Both the position numbers and the translations under genes were made by a program. The notes under the pieces were generated by a model. That model was given only the letters and a program-made list of their open reading frames with translations, had not been told where the DNA came from and searched no databases. Shown in pieces: positions 42,233-52,151 of a stretch of 64,000 bases of DNA. Position 1 is the stretch's first letter, and each line of letters begins with the position of its first letter. The DNA is from Candidatus Latescibacterota bacterium (lineage in GTDB: Bacteria > Latescibacterota > UBA2968 > GCA-2709665): the NCBI GenBank assembly GCA_965248435.1, contig OZ252100.1, positions 896,001 through 960,000 of the forward strand, given 5' to 3'.

Positions 42233-43203
42233 TATGACAAATCCTCAATGCGGCCAAAAGCCCTCAAGCTGATGAGGGTTTCTAGAGTCAGATGTCCGCG
42301 CCACTCATCTCTGGCTGCGGGCCACGCTTCAGGGAGGGTCTTGGACCAGTCCCAGGCCGGATCCCACGTGCCCTCGTCGCTCTGTGCTGCAACCGTATGG
42401 TCCAGGTGTGATTGTAGCTCCTCCCTTAACACACGTGCTGCCACAGATGTTGGGCTCGGTGCAGCCTTTAAAGGGGTAAGGCAGTACCCGGACCATTTCT
42501 CAGGCTCAAGCGTTATGACTTCTGGAAGCACCGCCTGAAGGTGCCGTTGCAGTCGCTCTCGATATCGAGACGACAACGCAGAAGCATCAGCGAGTTTAGC
42601 GGCATAGACAAACCCGTCTCCTCGAAGCGCATCGACCTGGGTTGTTTCTATGAAGTCTACACACGCTTCTGTCACATCCTCCAGCCAGTCATCAGATACT
42701 AAAGTCCGGAAGTGATGCAACGAGGCAAGAATCGATGCTCGGGGTATCACGCCGAAGCCAGAGAACATCCGGGCTACACTCCCATCTTCATCGTGCCACC
42801 ACCCGGCGTGTGGATAATTGTTTGCATCACCTGGTATGGCTCGCCAAACTTTTGAGATAGGCTCAAAAGTCCCAGAGAGGTAATTAACAGCTCCCGTAAC
42901 GATCGATGCGACTGGAGGACAGCAGACCTCTCTAAGGACCTCAAGAGCAATCCCTGTCGCAAGTGCCGACGAACTAGGCGTTCGCAGATCTGGCTCCAAT
43001 CCTCTACCAAATCCTCCGTCCTCGTTCTGGTATTCGGCAAGCACCTCGATTACCGCATCTTCTCGCCCACCTTCAAAACGATGCTTAAAGACCGCCCAAT
43101 CTACTGGCCTCGCCCTTCTTTCCAAGAATCCACGCGCTGCATCGTATCCGCTTTGAGTAAGCAGCTTCAAATTCACCACCTCCTGACACCTTTTGTTGGT
43201 CAA
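42232..43203 (-). CDS. Conserved protein with prenyltransferase/squalene cyclase-like repeats
   Basis: YQNEDGGFGRGLEPDLR, PHAGWW, QSDEGTW. Confidence 0.7.
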   Translation of the reverse strand: MTNKRCQEVVNLKLLTQSGYDAARGFLERRARPVDWAVFKHRFEGGREDAVIEVLAEYQNEDGGFGRGLEPDLRTPSSSALATGIALEVLREVCCPPVASIVTGAVNYLSGTFEPISKVWRAIPGDANNYPHAGWWHDEDGSVARMFSGFGVIPRASILASLHHFRTLVSDDWLEDVTEACVDFIETTQVDALRGDGFVYAAKLADASALSSRYRERLQRHLQAVLPEVITLEPEKWSGYCLTPLKAAPSPTSVAARVLREELQSHLDHTVAAQSDEGTWDPAWDWSKTLPEAWPAARDEWRGHLTLETLISLRAFGRIEDLS

Positions 43204-43832
43204 ATATCACGATAGACGTGGAACCGGTGACCATCGGTATCTCTAATTGTAAACTGCCTGGTCCCGTAAGGCATGTTTTCCAGGCCACTCACGATTTCGG
43301 CACCTGCTTTCTTGAATTCCTCATAGGTCGTATCGACATCTTCAGCATACATCCACTGAACAGTGGTCTGAAATCCCTTTTCCTTCCTGCTAAAGTAGAT
43401 GCTGGTCTCACCTCTTGTCACGCCACCAATGGACTTGTCTGGCGCGATCCACGCGATCTGGAATCCGAGCACATCGCGATAATAGGCTTGAGATGCTTCG
43501 ACATCAACGACGGGAAGCTGTGGAATTACGGGTGGGGCGTTGTGCACTTCATCTGGCGTGAGTGCTTCAACGTGCTGCTTGAGCTTTGTCCAACTGTCGA
43601 AACCATACTCCCTGGCGACGACCAGTTGGGCATCCTGCAGAACGAACCGATACGCTAGAACCTGATCTTCGGGTGCTGACTTCAGCTTTGGGAAGTGGGC
43701 CGAGATTCTGGTGACAGCAGTTCTGTCCCGGTCCTTAAACCCGTTGAGCAATTCTTTTGCCTGATTCTTCAGGTGCTCGACACTCGGGCGATCAGGAAGG
43801 GACTTCGGCGAGGAATTGTGAGGTGTAGGCAT
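43200..43832 (-). CDS. LPxRPxxEHLK helical N-terminal domain fused to VOC domain
   Basis: LPDRPSVEHLKNQAKEL..DAQLVVAREYGFDSWTKLK followed by YYRDVLGF..PYGTRQFTIRDTDG. Confidence 0.85.
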   Translation of the reverse strand: MPTPHNSSPKSLPDRPSVEHLKNQAKELLNGFKDRDRTAVTRISAHFPKLKSAPEDQVLAYRFVLQDAQLVVAREYGFDSWTKLKQHVEALTPDEVHNAPPVIPQLPVVDVEASQAYYRDVLGFQIAWIAPDKSIGGVTRGETSIYFSRKEKGFQTTVQWMYAEDVDTTYEEFKKAGAEIVSGLENMPYGTRQFTIRDTDGHRFHVYRDI

Positions 43833-43988
43833 ACGAAAACCCTCTCTCTTTTGGGCCTGGCGTCCGCAACTCAGGCAAGAAAGAAGGTCTGAGAAGACCC
43901 TGCGAGGAGGTGGGCTAAGCCCTTCCCGCGGACTAGAAGCTGCCTATCAGCTCGACAGAAAAATAGCCCCTTATCCACAATTTGTCAA
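43833..43988 (-). promoter_or_regulatory. Sigma70 promoter + structured 5' leader
   Basis: TTGACA-17-TATTTT (43988-43960); leader has GTCCGC/GCGGAC closing stem, two internal hairpins and a pyrimidine anti-SD. Confidence 0.65.
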
Positions 43989-44017
43989 GGGAAGGTTAAC
44001 ACAATAATTGACTCTGC

Positions 44018-44485
44018 CTACCGATTCAGATCAATCTCCATCACGACACGTTTCTCATCCAGGTACTCCACTTCTTCGTTCCCATGCCATCCGAGTTTCT
44101 CGTAGAAATTTGGTAAGGTACCTGAAGTATAGAGATACAGCTTCCGCCAATTCCGTCGTCTAGCTTCTTTTTCTACAGCACGAACCAGCTCAGACCCAAT
44201 CCCCCTTCCACGCGCTTCAGGATAGACATAAAGCTGACCCAACCACGGAGTCAGATCTTTTCGTACCGGCAAATCATTCGCAACTAGATTGACAGACCCA
44301 AGAACTCGCTCCCGCTCCAGTGCAAGTAGTGTGGCAGGCAGGCCATCGGTATTGATTCCACCTTGCAGGAACTCTTTATATCCCTCTAGGTCTTCCGAAC
44401 CTGTCAACGGTCCCCACAGCTCGAACTGTAGTGCCGCGAGCTGATCAAGGAACTGTTGGTGGCTCTTTAGGTAGTCGATTGTCAC
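44018..44485 (-). CDS. GNAT acetyltransferase
   Basis: LYVYPEARGRGIG, FYEKLGW. Confidence 0.9.
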   Translation of the reverse strand: MTIDYLKSHQQFLDQLAALQFELWGPLTGSEDLEGYKEFLQGGINTDGLPATLLALERERVLGSVNLVANDLPVRKDLTPWLGQLYVYPEARGRGIGSELVRAVEKEARRRNWRKLYLYTSGTLPNFYEKLGWHGNEEVEYLDEKRVVMEIDLNR

Positions 44486-44539
44486 AGTCTAATTTGCAGT
44501 CGGCAGGTCTTGCAAAGGTGACATCAGCCCGTCGGCGTA

Positions 44540-45715
44540 TCAACTGACGAGGTGGGTCGATTTTGCCTCTCTTGGTAACCACAAGATTGTGGCAAAGAAC
44601 GCAAGGAATGCAGGGGCTACTGCGATCAGGAACACTGGCGCAAAGATACCTGAATACTTGAAAACGGAAATCGCAATCAGGGGCCCAATGAACAATGACA
44701 GATCCATCATTGAATCGAAGGCACCCATAGAGGTGGCCATATACCTCTCATCGAAGTTATCCTTCGCGTAAACGAAAGCAAGAAGATATGTGACAGTTTC
44801 TCCAATACAGAATAGACCATAGTATGCAGCTAGTGAGAGAAAATTGTTACTGAATGCGAGGCCGATTCCTGCTGTAACAACGATCAGTTGAGATAGAATA
44901 ACAAAGACTCTTCGACCCAGCTTATCGGCAAGTATGCCAGTCAAATACGATGTGAGGCTAAATATGATCGCTCCCCCACTCAGAATTGCCCCGATTTCCC
45001 ACGCCTGCAGGCCGACATGCTGAGCCTTAGTGACCACAAAGCTGTAAAGGATTCCAAATGAGAACAATCCCGAAATCCCCATCAAGAGATAGAGATACAC
45101 CCGTGGATTCGAGAATGTCGAGCTAAGACCGCGAAATAGGCTCAGACCGTGAGGGGAAGCGACCTTTTCAGATCTACCTATGAGGTGAAAGACAGCAACG
45201 AATGCCAGCAGAGAAAGTATTCCATCTACAAGAAATGGGGTTCGGAGTGAGACAAGGGAGAACAAGCCCCCCAGTGCAGGAGCGACTGCAAATGAAAGAC
45301 CCTGGCTGCTCCTCAGAATCCCGAAAAACCTTCCAGGCCGGTCGGACCCAAGAGAAGCTGTTAAGGCAAGCAGAGCCGGCATTGCAATCGCATCAGCGAT
45401 ACCCCCGATCACGCGGAGAACGAGCAGTTGCACCCAGTCGGTGGCAACCACACACAACAACGACGATACGGCTCCTAACAGAGCACCAACCAGGATGAGA
45501 GCCTGCCTAGAATAGCGATCGGCTAAGATTCCAGTGAAAAATTGGACGAGGACCACTGTTGCCAAGGCTGCTGAAACTACAATTGGAACTCCCGCTGGTC
45601 CAGCCCCCAGTTCAACAGAGAGCTGCGGAAGCACGGGGACAGCAACCAAAGTACTGAGAAATAAGATGAATGCCATAACACCAACGGCATACATCTGGCC
45701 TAGATTTGTTCTCAC
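44540..45715 (-). CDS. MFS transporter
   Basis: GILADRYSR, GILADKLGRR; 12 TM segments. Confidence 0.9.
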   Translation of the reverse strand: MRTNLGQMYAVGVMAFILFLSTLVAVPVLPQLSVELGAGPAGVPIVVSAALATVVLVQFFTGILADRYSRQALILVGALLGAVSSLLCVVATDWVQLLVLRVIGGIADAIAMPALLALTASLGSDRPGRFFGILRSSQGLSFAVAPALGGLFSLVSLRTPFLVDGILSLLAFVAVFHLIGRSEKVASPHGLSLFRGLSSTFSNPRVYLYLLMGISGLFSFGILYSFVVTKAQHVGLQAWEIGAILSGGAIIFSLTSYLTGILADKLGRRVFVILSQLIVVTAGIGLAFSNNFLSLAAYYGLFCIGETVTYLLAFVYAKDNFDERYMATSMGAFDSMMDLSLFIGPLIAISVFKYSGIFAPVFLIAVAPAFLAFFATILWLPREAKSTHLVS

Positions 45716-45820
45716 TCTTGGCCGTCCTCTTGAGTGTAGGCAAGAAGAATGTTCTAAGAAGATTCTAACCTGATTGCTACCTGAACCAGGCGGTTACTGA
45801 ACAGTTTAATGTCACCCTAG

Positions 45821-46435
45821 TCAATTCCGTGCCTTAAACATATCTCTGGTGTTTCTCCTTGGGAATGGCTCATCTGGAACGCTATAACCCAGAAATTCAC
45901 ATAAGGGTCCCCAGCCCTGCGAGACCTCGTAGTCGAGCAGTCGCTCTTTACTGATGCTTCCCCGAACCTCGTCGCAGTATTGCCTATACCTTGCTATCGC
46001 GTAGTCCTTATCCTCGAATCGACCCTTGAAATAGCGTTCGAAGAAGACGCGCTTCACCATTGCCAATGCCGGCTCAGTCTCTCCCTTTGGCCCCATCACA
46101 ACTTGGTGAGTCGTGGAGAGCATGCTTTCGTACCAACTCTCTGGATCGCGCCTGAGCAGGAGCACCTTGGCGCTTGGAAAGCACTGCGCAAGTTCTCTCC
46201 AGTAGAGACAGGCCGGTGCGTCGAGTGTCGCCGCATACCCTGAGAATAGACTCTTCCAATCAGGCATCTTGCCGTCGCAGGTTGCATTCCAGATTTCAAT
46301 ATGCTCAGGGTTGAGGAACACCTCATGCATGTGGTAGCAGCGGCCTATGCCCAGATGTTCGAGGGCACTCTTTACAGACATTGTGCCCGTCCTTGGGAAG
46401 GCTGCGCCAACTAGCACCATTTTGTCATCTGTCAT
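45821..46435 (-). CDS. Sulfotransferase family protein
   Basis: FPRTGTMS, CYHM, RDPESWYES, GWGPLCEFLG, PFPRRN. Confidence 0.88.
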   Translation of the reverse strand: MTDDKMVLVGAAFPRTGTMSVKSALEHLGIGRCYHMHEVFLNPEHIEIWNATCDGKMPDWKSLFSGYAATLDAPACLYWRELAQCFPSAKVLLLRRDPESWYESMLSTTHQVVMGPKGETEPALAMVKRVFFERYFKGRFEDKDYAIARYRQYCDEVRGSISKERLLDYEVSQGWGPLCEFLGYSVPDEPFPRRNTRDMFKARN

Positions 46436-46448
46436 TTAAGTGCTTCCT

Positions 46449-47401
46449 TTAAACCGAGCCTTCATCTGATTGTACAAAGTTCTCAAGTGCAGTGGCTTTC
46501 AGGTTGAATCGTCGAAAGTAACCTTCCTCGTATTTGGTGCCATCGTAATCTCTGATTGTGGAGCCCCCACTCTCAGATTCAGCACCTACGTGGATCATAT
46601 AGTGGTTTATCGCTAGATTGCGCCCGAAACGGTCTCTCAACTTGCTCGCCCATGCCTCAATTTGCTCCGTCTTGTGAGGTAACACCTCTTCGTATGCACC
46701 GACAAGCTCTTCGAATGCCCTTGACTCTCGAAATCCTCTGGTTAGCTCGACAGGCCTCCGAAGCAAGCACGACTCGACAGTTTTCAGGATTGTTGGGATG
46801 CCTTCGTTCTCGATTTGAATCAGATACAAGAAAGCCTGCCCGTCCTTCTCAAGCAAGGCTGGAATCTTGTTCAATAGTTGCTCAGCAGGACCGTTCCCAT
46901 CCACCCCAGCGTCGGAGTGCAGGGCTCCAACGACACCTTGGGGTGTGGCGACGAAGGGTGGGTTGGCGAAGATCGCATCAAACCTGCCAGGAGACTGAAA
47001 GCTGCTGAAATCTGAGACGGCTGTACAAACCCTGTTCGAAGGAAGGTTGTTTCTCTTAACATTCTTCAGAAGGAACTCCATTGCTCTTGGGTTGATGTCT
47101 ATGAAGGTGACCCTCTCGGCACCCAGCGATAAGGCGACCATCCCGAGTGGGCCCGACCCCGAAAACGGCTCCAGGATGTTTTGCCTCGGGCCAGCTCCGG
47201 ATGACGAGCCATATACCGCATCTGGATCCCACAGGCTTGTCCCAAAGCAATGACTCTGTTGCGGTCAGGTCGATCCAGCTTGTCCGTCTTGAAAATGAGG
47301 TTGCCAAATCTATAGACCCAAGAGTCTCCCTTCTCCCCAATGAACCTGAGTTTGGACACTTCATCCTGGCTGGTCAATGAGTTTTCATCCCTTTTTGACA
47401 A
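46449..47401 (-). pseudogene. Class I SAM methyltransferase with frameshift near 47180
   Basis: N-terminal frame ..LARGK shifts to ILEPFSGSGP..DINPRA..NPPF; one A appears missing in an A4 run. Confidence 0.7.
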
Positions 47402-47470
47402 GTTTTCAGGCCCGATTTGCGTCTATCTTTATACAGCGCCAGACCCAAGGATTCATGAGAGTGATCTCAG

Positions 47471-48376
47471 ATGAAATTAGATGAAATTCTCGTTCAACGT
47501 GCTGCTAAGGGCTGCAGCCAAAGTTTCGACACTCTGGTGAAGAAGTATCAGACTGGGATTCTTTCACTCTGCTACGAGACCGTGGGCTCCTTTGCTGAAG
47601 CACAAGATTTGACCCAAGAAACTTTTGTGCGGGCATTTGAGCGGATTGATCAACTTAGGGAATCGAAAAGATTTGTTTGGTGGCTAAGGCGAATTGCTCT
47701 CAATCTGTGCTACTCTGCTACACGAAGCCAAGTCAGAACTGAGTCAGTTGAGCTTTTTTCTCATGACAGTCCTCCGGTTTCACTCAGATCTCAGGCCCGC
47801 CAACTAGAAGCACTGGAGGACGTCGAGAAGCGCAGGACCGTGATTGATCTCTTAGACATTCTTTCCGATAAGACTCGTATCACAGCAAGACTGTTCTACA
47901 TAGACGGGCTTTCCTACCAAGAAATCAGTGATCTTCTCAACATCACGGTTACGACCGTGGAGAGTCGCCTTCACAAGGCCCGACAGAAACTCAAGATTGA
48001 ATTTAGGGACGGATATTCTGATTCAAAGCGAAGAGGTGTTCTCCAGAGACTCACTGATATTGCAGGAGGTGACAGGAAAATGGACGAAGTCCGAATCGAA
48101 ATAGGCTGTGATCTTATTGCACACGCGAAGGACGAAAGCCCGGAGGGATTCTTGGCTCAAATTCGAGAATTGCGCAATGATCTGGCAAAAGCTCACAGAC
48201 TGGGGCTTCCGCCGGTTCGGATAATTGACAAGACCGGGTTACGACAAAGAGCCTTTGACATCCTAATTCGAGAGGTTCGGTGCAAGTCAGGAGAACTGAG
48301 TACGGAAGATTCTCACATAAAGGTCATTGAAGAATTGAGGGAGTCGATTCTGGAACAGCGAAATCTGTTTGACTAA
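47471..48376 (+). CDS. ECF sigma factor fused to FlhA cytoplasmic (FHIPEP)-like domain
   Basis: Sigma2 AQDLTQETF..WLRRIALN; sigma4 LSYQEIS..TVESRLHKAR; C-terminus VRIEIGCDLI..IRELRNDLA..LGLPPVRIIDKTGL..FDILIREV..GEL. Confidence 0.85.
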   Translation: MKLDEILVQRAAKGCSQSFDTLVKKYQTGILSLCYETVGSFAEAQDLTQETFVRAFERIDQLRESKRFVWWLRRIALNLCYSATRSQVRTESVELFSHDSPPVSLRSQARQLEALEDVEKRRTVIDLLDILSDKTRITARLFYIDGLSYQEISDLLNITVTTVESRLHKARQKLKIEFRDGYSDSKRRGVLQRLTDIAGGDRKMDEVRIEIGCDLIAHAKDESPEGFLAQIRELRNDLAKAHRLGLPPVRIIDKTGLRQRAFDILIREVRCKSGELSTEDSHIKVIEELRESILEQRNLFD

Positions 48377-48382
48377 TTAGCT

Positions 48383-50218
48383 CTAGACTTGCTGTTTTGT
48401 TTGATCTATCAGCCCGTCTAGACGGTTCACCAACTCGGCAAGGACGGCATATGTCTTGTCTATGGGTTCGGGGGTGGAGATGTCTATCCCACACAGTTTG
48501 AAAAGGTCCATGGTGTAGAGAGAGGAACCAGCTTTGAGGAAGTTGAGGTAATTTTCCCTGGCATCGTCCGAGCCCGACAGAACCCCTTCGGCCAGGGCAT
48601 GGGCGGCGCTGATGCCGACAGCATACTGGAAGGTATAGTAAGGCATGTAAAGATGGGCGAACTGGGCCCAGGTGATTTGAGTGCGATCAGGATCGTCGAT
48701 CATGGTGGCTCCATAACCTTCGGAAAAGAGGTCCTTCATAAGGCCGTTCAAGATGTCGGCAGTGAGGGGTTTGTTCTGTTCGGCTCGACAGTAGACTTCC
48801 CACTCGAAGCGGGCAAGCGTGGGCATGATAAAGAAGTAGCGGTGAAAATTGTCCATGGCTTCGTCGATGAGTGCCATCTGAAATGTGGGATCGTCAGCCT
48901 TTTCTTCCATCAGGTAGGCCCGGGTGACGGCTTGATTGAAATTAGATGCTGTTTCAGTGACCATGGCAATGGGAAACCCTTTATAGACGTCGGGCTGCGT
49001 CTGGTCAGCGAGGTACGAGTGCATCGCATGTCCAAGTTCGTGGGCCAGAACGCTCATATCCATCAGGGTATCGTTGTAGGAAGTAAACGCAAACGCGTAA
49101 CCATCAATCGAACCCGGGGCAGCTGCGCCCTGGCGCTTACCCTCGTTGGGGGCGTAGTCAACCCACCGGTCTTCGAGGCAGCCACGAAGGAGAATGGAAA
49201 CGTATTCATCACCCAAAGGGGCCATGCCCTTGCTGATCCAGTCTATGGCCTCTTCGTAAGGGACTTCCGTCTGATCTTCAACAATCGGTGCCCAGATGTC
49301 GTAAGGGTGAAGCGTTTCCACTCCCAAGGCCCGGCGCTTGACCTCCCAGTATCGGTGCCAGGTTGATAGGTTGGCTTTGTAGGAGTCGATCAGATTGTGA
49401 AAGACTTCGACGGGGACATTGCCGGGGAAGAGGCGCGACTCAAGGACAGAGTTGTAACCACGTACCCGAATGTTGAATGCCTGTTGTTTTACGAAGGTGG
49501 CGTAGTTGTTCGCCAAAGTATTTTTGAAGCTTAGGTAACCGTCGCTGAAATTTTCCCAGGCTGTGCGCCGCTGTTCACGGTCGGGACTCTGGATACCGGT
49601 GGGCGGAATGGTAGTCTGTCCCACGTGGTACAATCTACCACTGCTATCGATGGCCTCGGCGAATTTCAGGTCGGTGTTGGTGAGTTCGACCGCGGTCTGT
49701 GAAACACCCGAAAAAGGGTCGGCCAGCAGCCCTAGGATTTCTTCGACTTCTGCAGAGCGAAGGTGGGCTTTCTGGCGGAGCAGGTTGTCGAAGAAGTGCT
49801 TGTAAATGGCCAGACGCGGCTCTCGTTTGCACCACTGCAAGAGCGAGTCACCTATCTCAAGCATTTCGGGTTCGGCAAAGGCGGAGTTGGCAACAAACCT
49901 GGAGAACACACCAATAGCCAAGCCTTGCTTAGCTTTTGCAGTGATATCGTTGCTGTCCACGGAAGAAGACATGCTCAAGTAGATCCCTACCCGATTTAGC
50001 CGCCTGACCAAGGCGAAATAGGCGTCGAACCAGTCTGCCAGGACAGTGGGGCCGTCGCCTAGTTTACCGGCAAAGTCCGACAATGCAGGCAGGGCCTCTT
50101 CGACGGCATCCAGCTCCGTCTGCCACGTGTTCCAGGACTCAAACAGCGCCTCGGCGTTCCAGGTGCTTTTTTCTGGGACGTCTTTGCGTTTGAGGACTTG
50201 ACCCGTTTCCGACATCAA
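48383..50218 (-). CDS. pepF: Oligoendopeptidase F (M3B)
   Basis: KRKDVPEKSTWN, NEGKRQGA, LAHELGHAMH, ETAS, YTFQYA, FLKAGSS. Confidence 0.92.
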   Translation of the reverse strand: MMSETGQVLKRKDVPEKSTWNAEALFESWNTWQTELDAVEEALPALSDFAGKLGDGPTVLADWFDAYFALVRRLNRVGIYLSMSSSVDSNDITAKAKQGLAIGVFSRFVANSAFAEPEMLEIGDSLLQWCKREPRLAIYKHFFDNLLRQKAHLRSAEVEEILGLLADPFSGVSQTAVELTNTDLKFAEAIDSSGRLYHVGQTTIPPTGIQSPDREQRRTAWENFSDGYLSFKNTLANNYATFVKQQAFNIRVRGYNSVLESRLFPGNVPVEVFHNLIDSYKANLSTWHRYWEVKRRALGVETLHPYDIWAPIVEDQTEVPYEEAIDWISKGMAPLGDEYVSILLRGCLEDRWVDYAPNEGKRQGAAAPGSIDGYAFAFTSYNDTLMDMSVLAHELGHAMHSYLADQTQPDVYKGFPIAMVTETASNFNQAVTRAYLMEEKADDPTFQMALIDEAMDNFHRYFFIMPTLARFEWEVYCRAEQNKPLTADILNGLMKDLFSEGYGATMIDDPDRTQITWAQFAHLYMPYYTFQYAVGISAAHALAEGVLSGSDDARENYLNFLKAGSSLYTMDLFKLCGIDISTPEPIDKTYAVLAELVNRLDGLIDQTKQQV

Positions 50219-50272
50219 AACTCCGGTTACTCTGTGCGCCGAGCCGGGGGTACCGTGTTAGCGGGCGTGCGT

Positions 50273-50749
50273 CTACGTTGACGACACTTCCGAGTCAGCT
50301 CGAATACGAGAACCAATCTCTTCCGCAATTTTCCCCAGTAACTCTTCAGAAACAGTCCTCCTGACTCCGGGAACTGCGTAATGGGCAGGATAGTCTGGAT
50401 CATCAAATTGGCATCCTGCAAATGTCCGGACTTTGCTGTAGCGGGGAATCAGATGGAAGTGAACATGCCGATCCTGATTTTGAAGAAAAGCGTAGTTGAA
50501 GTGATCTGGACTAAAGGCTTGAGTCAAAGCTCGAGAAGCTATGCGTATTTGCTGGTGCAAATCGACCCACTCATCCTCCAAAACCTCGCTGACGACTTCG
50601 GCGTGACGACGCAATACCAAGAAGCACTTACCCAGTAGGTTCTGATTCGTGTTGACAACAAGCATCCAACGCGAGCTTTGGGAGACTATGGGAGCCAATG
50701 CTGAATCACATAGTGCACATCCAGGTCTTGCATCAATGATATTTGACAC
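50273..50749 (-). CDS. HIT family protein
   Basis: CALC, FNYAFLQN, HVHFHLIPR; GTG start assumed. Confidence 0.88.
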   Translation of the reverse strand: MSNIIDARPGCALCDSALAPIVSQSSRWMLVVNTNQNLLGKCFLVLRRHAEVVSEVLEDEWVDLHQQIRIASRALTQAFSPDHFNYAFLQNQDRHVHFHLIPRYSKVRTFAGCQFDDPDYPAHYAVPGVRRTVSEELLGKIAEEIGSRIRADSEVSST

Positions 50750-50774
50750 TGTCGATTTCCTAAAACCGCAAGGC

Positions 50775-50860
50775 GCGTAACGTTCTCGCCGTGCGTGAAC
50801 TGCCGAAGGCAAGTTGGGCGAGTGCCCGAATGGGCCGAGCCGGGCAACTGCTACTAGTGG
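50775..50860 (-). mobile_element. Degenerate attC-like site (a truncated one also at 50226-50262)
   Basis: Ends GAACGTTACGC on minus; shares CCGGCTCGG and GCACGGC flank motifs with the other sites. Confidence 0.5.
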
Positions 50861-50969
50861 CCGTGCGGCTCCGATGGGGCTTGCCAGATCATTGGAACTT
50901 TTCTATAAAGCTACTGGCGCCAAAATGGGTCTCTATACGTAGAAGGCCTTCTTTTAGTAAGGATGGGAG

Positions 50970-52121
50970 ATGGAAGAGCTAGATGCATTAGTAGTCCGGG
51001 CTCAAGCAGGCGATCTGGCCGCTTTTGACACAATTGTTCTGCGATTCCAGGACATGGCAGTGGCCTATGCCTGCTCGCAACTGAATGATTTCCAATTAGC
51101 CCAAGATGTCGCTCAGGAAGCGTTTATTTGTGCCTTCCTAAATCTAGAAAAGGTGCGAGACCCTTCCGCATTTCCAGGATGGTTTCGCCGAGCGATCTTG
51201 ACTCAGTGTGACCGACTTACTCGGAGAAAGCAACTTTCAACTGAACAGCTAGATGAGACCGGTGATGTGGCCTCCGACCAAAAACGCCCCGACGAACTTC
51301 TGGATGAACGGAATCTAAAAGAAGAGGTGCTGACCGCGATCGAAGCGCTTCCAGAGTCTGAGCGTGCTGTTGTTTTGCTTTTCTACATCGCCGAGCACTC
51401 TCAGAAGGAAATTGCCTCTTTCCTGGAAATTGCCGTAACGAAAGTCAACAATCGGCTCCACACTTCCAGGAAGCGGCTGAGAAAGGAGTTGAGGAAGATG
51501 GAAAGCAAGAACTTACGACCTTCGCGAGACCAGGAATTTAGCGAAAAAGTGCGGAAGCACTTGAAGGGCCTAGAGAAACTTCACAGCAAGTTGGCGAGTT
51601 TGATGGGAGCGCTCATTTCGGTTGGACTGGGAACTAGCACGCAAGTAAAAGTCGCATCAGTGAATCAAGAAACATATGTCGATTTCATCGAATCTTTGCC
51701 TAATCCCAGTTGCGCTTTGACATTCAGGCTAGCACCGTCAGAAGGTAGAGTAACATTCAATATCCCAATGTCACTTGCTTGGGGGCTTCTGGACCATCTG
51801 AATCATCCAGAGGCGGCCCAAAGATTTCACAGAGAACAGAAAGTAGTCTGGGAAGAGATACAGCCTCTGGTTCCTTTTTTTAAACAAGCGGTGAAAAATC
51901 TTAGTCCCACCTGGGAAATGGAGCTCGATGTGGAAGCTTCAAAGATTGTAGTAGACACAAATCCTTTGTTGTTATTGGCCCAACCGGAGATCCGGAGTGC
52001 CGACCCGATCGAAACGGTAGTCCACCTAAGGCTTGACGTGAAGACGGAGGGAATCTCAGTCATGCTTAGCTTGTGTTATCCACCAGACATTCTGAGGTCT
52101 CTACTCCCATATCTCAACTAG
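50970..52121 (+). CDS. ECF sigma factor fused to FliM middle (CheC-like) domain
   Basis: AQDVAQEAF..AFPGWFRR; SQKEIA..VNNRLHTSRKRL; C-terminus LEKLH..VKVASVNQETYVDFIESLPNP..DTNP..LCYP. Confidence 0.88.
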   Translation: MEELDALVVRAQAGDLAAFDTIVLRFQDMAVAYACSQLNDFQLAQDVAQEAFICAFLNLEKVRDPSAFPGWFRRAILTQCDRLTRRKQLSTEQLDETGDVASDQKRPDELLDERNLKEEVLTAIEALPESERAVVLLFYIAEHSQKEIASFLEIAVTKVNNRLHTSRKRLRKELRKMESKNLRPSRDQEFSEKVRKHLKGLEKLHSKLASLMGALISVGLGTSTQVKVASVNQETYVDFIESLPNPSCALTFRLAPSEGRVTFNIPMSLAWGLLDHLNHPEAAQRFHREQKVVWEEIQPLVPFFKQAVKNLSPTWEMELDVEASKIVVDTNPLLLLAQPEIRSADPIETVVHLRLDVKTEGISVMLSLCYPPDILRSLLPYLN

Positions 52122-52151
52122 AGCGGCCAACTTCGTTTTTCGCACAATGCA

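Noticed and set aside
50970-52121. FliA/sigma28 identity for the fused sigma factors
   Set aside because: They have only sigma2 and sigma4 (about 176-203 aa before the joint) with ECF-type DxxQE motifs and no sigma3 region.
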